A stretch of 64,000 nt of DNA, taken from NCBI GenBank assembly GCA_002383375.1, contig DFYR01000040.1, forward strand, positions 5,522 through 69,521. The letters run 5' to 3'. Positions 46,811 through 57,294 of the stretch are shown here, piece after piece. Below the pieces are notes generated by a model that saw nothing but the letters and a program-made list of their open reading frames with translations, ran no database searches and was not told the DNA's origin. The translations under genes and the position numbers were made by a program. This DNA comes from Spirochaetaceae bacterium UBA4077. Its GTDB lineage: Bacteria > Spirochaetota > Spirochaetia > Treponematales > Rectinemataceae. The first letter of the stretch is position 1; every line of letters starts with the position of its first letter.

Positions 46811-48421
46811 ATGAAACGAACGATTCTTTTGGCAATGTGCGTCCTAGTGGCAGCAGGCACGGCCTTTGCGGCCAATCCCCTTCCGGCCAAGGATCAGGTG
46901 CTCAACATCGCACAACCCGAGCTGAGCCAGACCTGGTCGCCCTTCCTGGGCGGCGGACACGTGGCTCGCTGGCAGTCCCTCTGGTGGGCGGCCCCCATGT
47001 ACTTCGACAAGGAAGGCAAGCTCCAGCCCTACGTGCTCTCCAAGGCAGTGGCTGACTCCACCTTCAAGACATGGACCCTCACCATCGATCCCAAGGCCTG
47101 CTTCTCCGACGGCTCCCCCATCACCGCCGAGGACGTCAAGGGTTCCTGGGAGCTCTGCGCCGTTCCCAGCACCAAGCACGCCCGGGTGGATCTCTTCCTC
47201 TCCGGCGTCGTTGGCTACAACGAAGTGATCACCGGCAAGAGCAAGTTCATGTCGGGCATCGTCGTCAAGGACAAGAGCACCGTGGTCGTCACCCTGAGCG
47301 CCCCGGACCCGATCTTCAACCAGAAAATCGCCACGGCTATGATTCCCCCGGTCAAGATTTCCCAGGCCAGGGATGCCAATGGCGAGCAGAAGCAGGAATG
47401 GTGGCACCCCAAGAATAAGGTAGTGGTGTCCGGCCCCTTCATGCCCCAATCCATGGATCTCGACCAGGGCATCGTCGTCTTCGTGCCCAATCCCAAGTTC
47501 TTCGGACCCAAGCCCAAGCTCAGCAAAATCGTGGTAACCTCCGTGGTCGATCCGGCCGTCGCCACCCTCATGCTCCAGCAGGGCAAGATGGACGCCCACA
47601 CCGAGCTCATCACCCCGACGATCATCGAGGACCTAGGCGCCGATTTCGTGTCCGGGCCCGCCACCGCCAAAGGCCAGCACTTCTGGTTCGGCGTGGACAA
47701 GGCACCCATGGACGACATCAATGTCCGCAAGGCACTGGTCATGGCGATCAATCCGGCCGACCTGGCCAAGGCCGCCTTCCCCGACGGACCCTACCAGCTG
47801 GCTACTCAGATTCTCAATAAGGTAGCGGGCGTGGATCCGGCCTACGAGAACTACAAGTACGATCCAGAAGGCGCCAAGAAAGCCCTGGCCGCCTCCAAGT
47901 ACAAGGAAGCCAAGAATCTGCCCAAGATCATGTTCGTCGGCATCAGCACCCCCACCCACGAAGCCGCGGCCCAGTATATCGCCGAGCAGTGGAGGCAGGT
48001 CCTGGGAATCACCGCCGTCGAGATGAAGTCGGCCATCGATACCTACTCTGGCCCGGACCAGAAAAACATCCAGATCTGGCGCGACGATGTGGGCACCCGG
48101 GTTCCCGACGCCGTCTCCTACCTCGTTGGCTCCATCCATTCCTCCTCGGGCAACGCCAAGAAGTGCCTGGGCGGCTGGAAGAACGCCGAAGTGGACAGGC
48201 TCCTGGAGCTGGCCAGCACCAAGGCCGTGGACAACCCCGACCGCATCAAGCTCGCTCAGCAGGCCCAGAAAATTTTCCGCGACCAGTACCTCTACATTCC
48301 CTACTACTATGACATAATGTCCAAGTGGGCCATGCCCTGGGTTATGGGCATGGAGAAGAACGACGACTGGCAGGTAATCGAGCCTTGGAATATCTACATC
48401 ACCGACGCGAAGAAGAAATAA
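46811..48421 (+). CDS. ABC transporter substrate-binding protein, family 5
   Basis: Signal peptide MKRTILLAMCVLVAAGTAFA. GGAGG lies 5 nt before the ATG at 46811. Confidence 0.9.
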   Translation: MKRTILLAMCVLVAAGTAFAANPLPAKDQVLNIAQPELSQTWSPFLGGGHVARWQSLWWAAPMYFDKEGKLQPYVLSKAVADSTFKTWTLTIDPKACFSDGSPITAEDVKGSWELCAVPSTKHARVDLFLSGVVGYNEVITGKSKFMSGIVVKDKSTVVVTLSAPDPIFNQKIATAMIPPVKISQARDANGEQKQEWWHPKNKVVVSGPFMPQSMDLDQGIVVFVPNPKFFGPKPKLSKIVVTSVVDPAVATLMLQQGKMDAHTELITPTIIEDLGADFVSGPATAKGQHFWFGVDKAPMDDINVRKALVMAINPADLAKAAFPDGPYQLATQILNKVAGVDPAYENYKYDPEGAKKALAASKYKEAKNLPKIMFVGISTPTHEAAAQYIAEQWRQVLGITAVEMKSAIDTYSGPDQKNIQIWRDDVGTRVPDAVSYLVGSIHSSSGNAKKCLGGWKNAEVDRLLELASTKAVDNPDRIKLAQQAQKIFRDQYLYIPYYYDIMSKWAMPWVMGMEKNDDWQVIEPWNIYITDAKKK

Positions 48422-48440
48422 GGCGCGGCGGAAGCTTTTA

Positions 48441-48479
48441 GGCGGCGTCGGGACTCGTGGCGAGAGTCCCGACGCCGCC
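48441..48479 (+). terminator. perfect 16-bp intercistronic stem-loop after the SBP gene
   Basis: GGCGGCGTCGGGACTC (48441-48456), loop GTGGCGA, GAGTCCCGACGCCGCC (48464-48479). There is no U-tract, so it is more likely an attenuating or stabilising hairpin than a full terminator. Confidence 0.55.
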
Positions 48480-48598
48480 CGGGCTTGACCTTGCTCGTTG
48501 CAGCGGGCGACTGCGCATGGCTCTTACTGCCAGGCGCGGCCGCTCGCGGATTTTCCCGGCGGTTCCTCCTGACGCCGGCGGGATGAATAGGAGTGCCT

Positions 48599-49555
48599 AT
48601 GGGTCGTTATGTATTGAATAGATTATTGAGATGGATACCCTCCGTCTTGTTTATCCTCCTGATCGTCTACGCCCTGGTGTTTTTCGGAGCCGGCGATCCC
48701 ATCAAGCTGATTTTCCTTCAGGCGCCCGGCGACGTGGCCTACGACCCGGTGCGCATCGAAGCTATCAGGGAGGCTTCGGGCTTGAACCGCCCCTTCCTGG
48801 TCCAGTTCAGTGACTATGTGATCCATATCCTTAAAGGCGATTTCGGCAACTCCCTGGTATCGGGCCGCTCGGTGAACGAAATGATCAAGGCCGCGGTACC
48901 CGTGACTTTCTCGCTAGGTTTGTCGGCTATAGCCATCATCGCGGTGATCGGCACGATCCTGGGCGCTATAGCGGCCCTCAACCAAAATCGATGGATCGAC
49001 AACCTCATCGTAGGCTTCGCCCAGTTTACCTGGGGCATTCCTGTCTTCGTGGCCGGACCGCTGATCATCGTATTCCTCGTTTTAGTCTTAAAAATGGACG
49101 TACCCTTTGGCTGGGGTGGTCTTTTCAGCCCCAAGGTGATCGTTCCCCTCATCGTCATGGGCCTCAATCCCATGGCTATCATCATACGCCAGGCCAGGGC
49201 CGGCGTTCTGGAAGTCCTGAGCGAGGACTATATCCGGACAGCCCGTTCCAAGGGCTTGCCTACTAAAACCCTGGTGTTCAGGCACATCCTGCGTCCCGTC
49301 CTCACCCCCGTGGTGAGCCAGACCGGCCTTTTGGTCATTGGCGCGCTGAACAATTCCATTCTGATCGAGAAAGTATTCGGTCTTCCGGGCTTGGGTCGCT
49401 TGACCGAAAACGCGATTACCCGCTCGGACTATCCGATAATCCTCGCAATTGTGTTGATTTTTTCATTCGTGGTAATGACCTCCAATCTCCTGGTGGACAT
49501 TTCCTATCCTCTCCTCGATCCAAGGGCGGCGAGCAAAAAGAAAGGAGAAGACTGA
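48599..49555 (+). CDS. ABC transporter permease (DppB/OppB type)
   Basis: DYIRTARSKGLPTKTLVFRHILRPVLTP block. AGGAG lies 5 nt before the ATG at 48599. Confidence 0.9.
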   Translation: MGRYVLNRLLRWIPSVLFILLIVYALVFFGAGDPIKLIFLQAPGDVAYDPVRIEAIREASGLNRPFLVQFSDYVIHILKGDFGNSLVSGRSVNEMIKAAVPVTFSLGLSAIAIIAVIGTILGAIAALNQNRWIDNLIVGFAQFTWGIPVFVAGPLIIVFLVLVLKMDVPFGWGGLFSPKVIVPLIVMGLNPMAIIIRQARAGVLEVLSEDYIRTARSKGLPTKTLVFRHILRPVLTPVVSQTGLLVIGALNNSILIEKVFGLPGLGRLTENAITRSDYPIILAIVLIFSFVVMTSNLLVDISYPLLDPRAASKKKGED

Positions 49556-50507
49556 TGGAGAGCGAAGCAAAGAAGACCGCCGTGGTCGAAGAAAAGCAGT
49601 ACAATCTGTTCAAGGACGCCATGAAGCGACTGGCGGCCAACAAGTTAGCCATGGTTGGGCTGATCGTCGTCTCCCTGGTCATCCTGATAGCGATCATAGG
49701 GCCAATGATCACTCCTTACGATTTCCTGAGCCAGGACCTCAACTACAGGAACAAGGCCCCCTCGGCCCAGCACTGGTTCGGCACCGACGACCTGGGCAGG
49801 GACGTTTTTAGCCGGGTCATCTACGGAGCCCGCACCGCGGTGATCGTGGCCATATCGGTCACTGTCCTGAGCTACCTCATCGGCATAGTCCTCGGCTCGC
49901 TGGCCGGCTACCTGGGAGGCAAGGTGGACGCCTTTGTGGTCTGGCTCATCGACGTCTTCATGTCGATTCCCTCCCTCCTTTTGGTGATTGTCGTCAACGT
50001 ATCGGTCAAACCTGTGCTGGTGAACTGGATGGACGCCAAGTTCCTGGAAACCCAGAACCAGTTTTTCCGGAACACGACCTGGGTGGATTTCGCCATAGTC
50101 TTCGGCTCCCTGGCCTTCATAAAGTGGCCCAAGGCGGCGAGGATAATTCGAGGACAGATCCTCTCCATAAAGAACAAGAACTATGTCGTCGCGGCTAAGG
50201 CCCTGGGCGTTCCAACGTCGAAAATCATACGACGCTACATAATTCCCAACTCGATCGGACCCTTCATCGTCTCCATAAGCTCCACCCTGGGCGAGGCCAT
50301 GGTGCTGGAGTCCTCCTTCAGCTTTCTGGGGGTAGGGGTTAAGCCGCCCATTCCCAGCTGGGGCAACATGATTTCCGACGGTCTGCGGGTCTGGCAGGTC
50401 TATCCCCATATACTCGCCGCCCCGGCCTTGGTGCTGGCGATCGTCACCATTTCGTTCAGTTTCTTAGGCGACGGGCTGAACGATGCGTTGAATCCGAGGC
50501 AGTGGAA

Positions 50508-50511
<4 letters not shown>
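49555..50511 (+). CDS. ABC transporter permease (DppC/OppC type)
   Basis: NYVVAAKALGVPTSKIIRRYIIPN block. Its start abuts the previous stop. Confidence 0.9.
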
Positions 50512-51496
<985 letters not shown>

Positions 51497-51500
<4 letters not shown>

Positions 51501-52489
51501 ACGCAGAGGTTAAACAGCCCAAAGTCCTGATGAAAGTTGAAAACCTGGTCAAGCATTTTCCCGTGCGCCTGGGCGCCTACGGCGAAAAAAAGGCCGTGGT
51601 GCACGCCATAGACGATATTTCCTTCGATATTTACCGGGGGGAAACGCTCGGCCTGGTGGGGGAATCGGGTTGCGGAAAATCCACCACGGGGTTCGCACTC
51701 CTCCAGCTCTACAAGCCCAGCTCAGGTAAAATAACTTTCGACGGGCTCGAGCTTACGGCGATGGAAGAAAAAGCCCTGCGCCCGGTGCGCAAGAGGGCGC
51801 AGATAATCTTTCAGGACCCCTATTCCACGCTCAATCCCAGGATGACCATACTGGACGCCATGGCCGAGCCCATTAGGGTGCACAACCTCCTGCCCGAAAA
51901 GGAAATCCCCGCAAGAATCGCCCAACTTCTCGACGATGTGGGGCTTAATTTCAGCTTTGCGAACCGCTACCCCCACGAGTTCTCGGGCGGCCAACGCCAG
52001 AGAATCTGCATAGCGCGAGCCTTGGCCAGCAATCCCGAATTCATCGTCTGCGACGAGCCCATCTCGGCGCTCGACGTTTCCATCCAGGCCCAGATTATCA
52101 ACCTGATGATGGATCTACAGGAAAAGTACAAGCTCACCTATCTCTTCATCGCCCACGATCTGGCGGTTGTGCGGCATATCAGCGACAGGGTGGTAGTGAT
52201 GTATCTGGGCAAAATCATGGAGATCGCCGATAAGAAAGAACTCTTTGACAATCCCAAGCATCCCTACACCAAGGCACTCCTGGCCGCGGTGCCCGAGGCT
52301 GATCCCGACCACGAGCGGAACAAGTCCAGGGTCATCCTGACCGGGGACGTGTCCAACGCTATCGACCCGCCTTCGGGCTGCAGGTTCCATCCCCGCTGCC
52401 AGTACGCCAAGGATGCGTGCAAGAAGGCGCAAGGCCCGCAGCTGATTAAGGTAGCTCCAGGGCATTTATCGGCCTGCCCCTATTTTTAG
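51497..52489 (+). CDS. ABC transporter ATP-binding protein (OppF type)
   Basis: GESGCGKST, FSGGQRQR, FIVCDEP. ATGA overlap at 51497-51500. Confidence 0.9.
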
Positions 52490-52503
52490 ACGTGGAGGAG
52501 ACC

Positions 52504-53691
52504 ATGGCGTCCACCGCCTTGAAATTCGAAGAATTGCCCATACCCGCGCCGAACGTGCAGAACCACGCGGCCAATCTCTGCGAGCTTTCCAATGGAGACC
52601 TGCTCTGTGTCTGGTTTTCAGGCACCCAGGAGGGAATGTCAGACATATCGGTCTATATGTCCAGGCTGCCGACAGGCGGTAGGGCTTGGTCAGCCCCGGT
52701 GAGGCTCTCCGACGACCACGACCGCTCCGAGCAGAATCCGGTTCTCTTTCCGGCTCCCGACGGAAGGCTCTGGCTCATGTGGACTAGCCAGCGGGCGGGC
52801 AACCAGGACACCGCCGTTGTGATGCACCGCATTTCCTCAGATATGGGCTATACCTGGACAAATCCATCAGTGCTTATCGCCAGGCCCGGCAGTTTCGTCC
52901 GACAGCCGGTGATCGTCAACGAGGCCGGGGAATGGCTTCTGCCCCTCTTCCGCTGCAGGCAGATCCCCGGACAGAAATGGGTGGGCGACGCCGATTACAG
53001 CGCCGTGGCGCTATCCGGCGATGCCGGCGCGACCTGGGAGATACGGCCTCTGCCCGGTAGCCTGGGCTGCGTGCACATGAATATCGTGCCCATGGACGAC
53101 GGCTCGATGCTGGCATTCTTTCGCAGCCGCTGGGCAGACTTTATCTACCGCACTCGTTCCGTGGACGGTGGCCATACCTGGGAGCAGCCCAAACCGACAA
53201 CGCTGCCCAATAACAATGCCTCGGTCCAATGCGTGAGGCTCCGGGATGGGAGGCTGGCCATGGTTTTCAACCGTTCCAGCGCGGTAGCGGCAACCCAGCG
53301 ACGCGAGTCGCTCTACGACGAGATCGAGGACGACGAGGCAGTCGAGCCTGACGGCGCCCCAGCCCTGGCTAAAGAAGCGGCAAGCCAGGCTGCCGCTGGC
53401 GGCTTCGTCCCCACCGGCCACGAAGGCGCTCCTCCCCCTGACGAGCGCAAGGCCTTCTGGGGCGCTCCGCGAGCTCCCCTATGCCTGGCTTTTTCCTCGG
53501 ACGGGGGCTTAAGCTGGCCGGAGAGCCTGGATCTGGAGGTGGGGGATGGCTTCTGCCTCACCAATAACTCCAAAGACTCGATGAACAGGGAATACTCCTA
53601 CCCTAGCATAATCCAGAGCAGAGACGGCCGGATCCATGTGGCCTATACCTATTTCCGACAGCGTATAAAATATCTACGATCCAACCTGTAA
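52504..53691 (+). CDS. BNR/Asp-box beta-propeller protein, sialidase-like (no signal peptide)
   Basis: Four Asp-box-like repeats: SSDMGYTW, SGDAGATW, SVDGGHTW, SSDGGLSW. The N-terminus MASTALKFEELPIP is not a signal peptide. GGAGGAG lies before the ATG at 52504. Confidence 0.75.
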   Translation: MASTALKFEELPIPAPNVQNHAANLCELSNGDLLCVWFSGTQEGMSDISVYMSRLPTGGRAWSAPVRLSDDHDRSEQNPVLFPAPDGRLWLMWTSQRAGNQDTAVVMHRISSDMGYTWTNPSVLIARPGSFVRQPVIVNEAGEWLLPLFRCRQIPGQKWVGDADYSAVALSGDAGATWEIRPLPGSLGCVHMNIVPMDDGSMLAFFRSRWADFIYRTRSVDGGHTWEQPKPTTLPNNNASVQCVRLRDGRLAMVFNRSSAVAATQRRESLYDEIEDDEAVEPDGAPALAKEAASQAAAGGFVPTGHEGAPPPDERKAFWGAPRAPLCLAFSSDGGLSWPESLDLEVGDGFCLTNNSKDSMNREYSYPSIIQSRDGRIHVAYTYFRQRIKYLRSNL

Positions 53692-53833
53692 TGCCTGATG
53701 GAACGTAAGATCCCAGGAGGATAACCGGGCTTCCCAATAGCTTTTCTTGACCATGACAGGGGTATCTGAGCGGAATCCTACACTAAGGATCCTAAAAAGG
53801 GAAAAACCAGGGTATACTGGTTCCAGGAAACCT

Positions 53834-55732
53834 ATGATAGTTTTCATCGCGCCCTACCTGAAACTTAAACAAATCGCCGATTCTCTGGCGGATCACTATG
53901 CCGAACCTATGCGCAGCGTGGTGGGCGATCTGGGCGCTGGGCTTGCCCTGGCCAGGGAGGCTTTAGACGAGGATGCAATCCTGGTCAGCCGGGGCGGCAC
54001 GGCCAAGCTTATACGCGAAAGCCTGGGCGTCGATGTGATCGAGATAGGGGTTTCCTATCTGGACCTCATGCGCATCCTCAAGCCCTACATGGGAAGCCGC
54101 AAGCCTATCGCGGTGGCTGGATTTCGTGCCCTCATCCATTACGCCAAGAACGTCTGCGAGGCCTTGGGGATAAAGGCTGAGTATTTGCCGGTAGACGATG
54201 AGGCTGAAATGACCAGCCGCATCGAGCAGGTGCGAGGAATGAACGTGGCCTGCCTGGTAGGCGATATGGTGGCGGTGCGCAGCGCCAAGGATCTTGGAAT
54301 TCCCCTGGCACTGATCGAGTCCGGGCCCGATGCGGTTGCAGAGGCGTTGGACAAGGCAGCCATGGTATCCAGAAGCCTTATGGCCCGCCGGGCTGGGGAA
54401 CTGAGACTGGGAGCCGTTCTTAACACCGTGCGGGAGGGCATTGTAGCGGTGGACCGATCAGGGCTTATCACCCACATCAACAGCACGGCGAAGGAACTGT
54501 TGGGTCCGCAGGCTGTGGTGGGCGTGTCTGCTGAAACCGTCCTGCCGGGCAAGTACATCGACCGAGCTATGACAGAACGTAAGGAAGCCTTTGGCAGACT
54601 TCTGGAGATTGGGGGCCATCGTACCGCCCTGAACGTGACGCCCATCGTCGCTCTGGATTCGGTGGAAGGTGCGGTCATTGTCCTGCAGAAAGTGGCCCAG
54701 ATTCAGGACATAGAGAAAAAGGTGCGCCGCCAGCTGAGTGCTGGAGAACTGGTGGCCAAGTATCACTTCGAGGACATGGCTTCCGAGTCCCCTGCCATGT
54801 GCGCCTGCCTGAGCGTGGCCAGGCAGTATGCCCGGAGCGCCAGCGCCATTCTCATCTATGGAGAAACGGGGACGGGCAAGGAAAGATTGGCCCAGAGCAT
54901 TCACAACGAGAGTTCCGTCAGGGACGGGCCCTTTGTGGCAATCAATTGCGGCGCCTTGCCCCCCAGTCTTCTTGAAAGCGAGCTCTTCGGTTACGTGGAG
55001 GGAGCCTTCACGGGAGCGGGCAGGGGCGGCAAGATGGGCCTTTTCGAATTGGCCCACGGCGGCACAATTTTTCTGGATGAGATCAACGAGTTGGATGTTC
55101 AGCTCCAAGGCAAATTGCTGAGGGTAATTCAGGAGCGAGAGGTGATGCGTGTCGGCGGGGTAAAGGTCATTCCCGTGAGCTTCCGCCTGATCGCCGCATC
55201 CAACGTGCCCCTCCAGGAAGAAATGGAAAAAGGTAAGATCCGCCGGGACCTTTTCTACAGGCTCAAGGTGCTGGACATCCGGCTGCCGCCTTTGAGGGAG
55301 AGACCCGAGGATATCGAGCAGCTCTTCGCTTCCTTCACCAGGGAATGCGCCCTGAGAGACGGGGACGCTGAGCCTCCTCCTCCTCCGGAGTGCTTTCTCC
55401 AGGCGCTGAAGGCCCACCAGTGGCCGGGCAACGTTCGGGAGCTGGAGAACGTTGCGGAGAAGTGGACCGTGCTGCGCAGGCTTTTAGATGCTGATGCGGC
55501 GGCAGCCCTCACCCTTGAATCCTTCGGCGGCCAGGAGGCCTGCGGCTCAGGTTCGCGGCTCGTTGCCGAGGCTGGGGACTGGTGCGCGGGAAGCCTGGAG
55601 GCCATCACGCGCCGGGCGGCCCTGGCGGTGCTGGACGAAGAAGGGGGCAACATATCCAGGGCCGCCCGGCGCCTGGGCATAGACCGCCAGACCTTGCGAA
55701 AGCACATCAAGGACTCGACGCCTGAGTTTTAA
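53834..55732 (+). CDS. sigma-54-dependent transcriptional activator with PrpR-type N-terminal domain, PAS, AAA+ and Fis HTH
   Basis: MIVFIAPY...GGTAKLIRE resembles a PrpR_N sensor. Walker A GETGTGKE, GAFTGA loop, C-terminal HTH NISRAARRLGIDRQTLRKHI. The start is uncertain (53747, 53753 or 53834). Confidence 0.85.
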   Translation: MIVFIAPYLKLKQIADSLADHYAEPMRSVVGDLGAGLALAREALDEDAILVSRGGTAKLIRESLGVDVIEIGVSYLDLMRILKPYMGSRKPIAVAGFRALIHYAKNVCEALGIKAEYLPVDDEAEMTSRIEQVRGMNVACLVGDMVAVRSAKDLGIPLALIESGPDAVAEALDKAAMVSRSLMARRAGELRLGAVLNTVREGIVAVDRSGLITHINSTAKELLGPQAVVGVSAETVLPGKYIDRAMTERKEAFGRLLEIGGHRTALNVTPIVALDSVEGAVIVLQKVAQIQDIEKKVRRQLSAGELVAKYHFEDMASESPAMCACLSVARQYARSASAILIYGETGTGKERLAQSIHNESSVRDGPFVAINCGALPPSLLESELFGYVEGAFTGAGRGGKMGLFELAHGGTIFLDEINELDVQLQGKLLRVIQEREVMRVGGVKVIPVSFRLIAASNVPLQEEMEKGKIRRDLFYRLKVLDIRLPPLRERPEDIEQLFASFTRECALRDGDAEPPPPPECFLQALKAHQWPGNVRELENVAEKWTVLRRLLDADAAAALTLESFGGQEACGSGSRLVAEAGDWCAGSLEAITRRAALAVLDEEGGNISRAARRLGIDRQTLRKHIKDSTPEF

Positions 55733-55780
55733 CTGCCTTAAACAGCTGTCCGGCGCCTAAAACCCGAGTGGCGTACTCTT

Positions 55781-56230
55781 TCAGTTTTTAAGCCACTCTG
55801 TGCCCGAACGGTCTGGGCGTGACTTTCGGATTTCCATCCACTCGTTCTGCCGTGTAAGGGTGCCGAAGCCCACCTTCCTATAGAGAGGATGGGCGTCCTT
55901 GGTGATCAGGAACCACTGGTAGACCTGTTTCATGGAAGGATGATCAAGCATGAAGCGCATCATTTCGGTGGCGACGCCCCTGCCACGGTAGTCCTTGTCC
56001 ACGAATACGTCGATCACGTAGGCGAAACGGATCTTGTCTGAAATGGCGCGGGCGCAACCTATCTGGATGCCCTTTTCATTGAAGGCTCCCACCTGGATGG
56101 CAGAGTTCTTGGCGCTGATGCGCAATTCCTCAGCACCGATGCCTGGGCACCAATGGGCTTGGGACAACATGGCCGACATGCGGTCGAAATCCATTTCTTC
56201 AAGGCGGTCCGAGTAGCGAATCTTTTCCAT
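55781..56230 (-). CDS. GNAT-family N-acetyltransferase
   Basis: Acetyl-CoA site YRGRGVATEMM, at about 149 aa. Confidence 0.85.
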   Translation of the reverse strand: MEKIRYSDRLEEMDFDRMSAMLSQAHWCPGIGAEELRISAKNSAIQVGAFNEKGIQIGCARAISDKIRFAYVIDVFVDKDYRGRGVATEMMRFMLDHPSMKQVYQWFLITKDAHPLYRKVGFGTLTRQNEWMEIRKSRPDRSGTEWLKN

Positions 56231-56273
56231 TGCCTACCTCCTGAGAATTGCTTCGTAGTGCTGGAGCCAGGGC

Positions 56274-56612
56274 TTACCGGCTTTCTTTGTTTGCCTGGAT
56301 TAGGCGGAGAACCGAAAGACAGAGGGATACTGCCGCGGCGATGTAGACGTTGACCGCTGCCGCAGCCTTGTAGCCGTAGAGGAAGGGCGAAAGCCCTAAT
56401 GATACGCTGAATACCAAATAAAGAATTCGGGATGCCCTGGAGTCTGGAACCGCGAGGCTCCAGAAGGCGATGAGGAAAAGAATGACTCCGGTAAAGCGGA
56501 CAAAGGCCTGGCCGTTGGAAATGGGGAAAAAGAAGGTGGATACGAAAATCCAGAGCGTGATGAGCACCTTGAGCCAATCCAGCGGGTTGTTAAAATTTTT
56601 GCGCTCGCTCAT
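56274..56612 (-). CDS. small four-TM membrane protein (possibly SPW-repeat-like)
   Basis: 112 aa with four hydrophobic helices and repeated P-containing helix ends (FFFPISNG, GLSPFLYGY). The family call is tentative. Confidence 0.5.
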   Translation of the reverse strand: MSERKNFNNPLDWLKVLITLWIFVSTFFFPISNGQAFVRFTGVILFLIAFWSLAVPDSRASRILYLVFSVSLGLSPFLYGYKAAAAVNVYIAAAVSLCLSVLRLIQANKESR

Positions 56613-56697
56613 GTCGCTTTACCTCCGGGAACATGTTTTTAAAAACGGTGGAAGCTGTTTCCCTCGGCTCCCGCCGGCTGGGATATGGTACTAAAAT

Positions 56698-57285
56698 TCA
56701 TAGCCGCGATGCAAGGAGGAGTTCGAGGACCGTATCGGCCTGGAGATTGGCGACGATGCCCACCCGGGGCGCCACCGGGGGCGACAGCGGGCTTGTCTCG
56801 GATTCGAAATCCCCGCAGATATGGAGTCTGCCCCGGTGAATCACCTTGATCGCTTCAAATCTACCGATCCCGGCCAGTCCGGAGGCTGCGACAATGTGGG
56901 CTTCGGGGAAAACCCGCAGGCAGGTTTCGATGAGCATGGCCTTTTCCTTCGCATCGTCGAGGGCTTCAACAATTACATCACAGCCAGCGAAAATGCGCCC
57001 TGCGTTTTCCCAGTCGATACGAATCTTGGAGGTGGCGATCTCCGCGTTTGGATCGATGGCGAGGAGGTTTTCCTTCAACGCATCAACCTTGAACCGGTCC
57101 ACCTGGGAATGGAAATAAAACTGTCGATCGAGGTTAGCGCTGGAGACTTTGTCGAAATCGACGATCACGAGCCTGCGGATACCCGCCCGCAGGAGGGATG
57201 CAGCGCAGTTGGAGCCAAGTCCCCCGGCTCCTGCTATGCCCACCTTAGCTTTTGAGACTATTGACCTAAACTGGTCGCGGTCCAT
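56698..57285 (-). CDS. thiF: short ThiF-type adenylyltransferase (E1-like)
   Basis: GIAGAGGLGSNCAASL nucleotide loop and DFDKVSSANLDRQ block. At about 195 aa it matches the short clostridial-type ThiF. No thiS, thiG or thiH is nearby. Confidence 0.75.
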   Translation of the reverse strand: MDRDQFRSIVSKAKVGIAGAGGLGSNCAASLLRAGIRRLVIVDFDKVSSANLDRQFYFHSQVDRFKVDALKENLLAIDPNAEIATSKIRIDWENAGRIFAGCDVIVEALDDAKEKAMLIETCLRVFPEAHIVAASGLAGIGRFEAIKVIHRGRLHICGDFESETSPLSPPVAPRVGIVANLQADTVLELLLASRL

Positions 57286-57294
57286 GTTGTGAGC

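Noticed and set aside
48518-48530. Sigma-54-like string TGGCTCTTACTGC in the SBP-permease spacer
   Set aside because: The GG-to-GC spacing is two nt too short and the flanks do not match the consensus.
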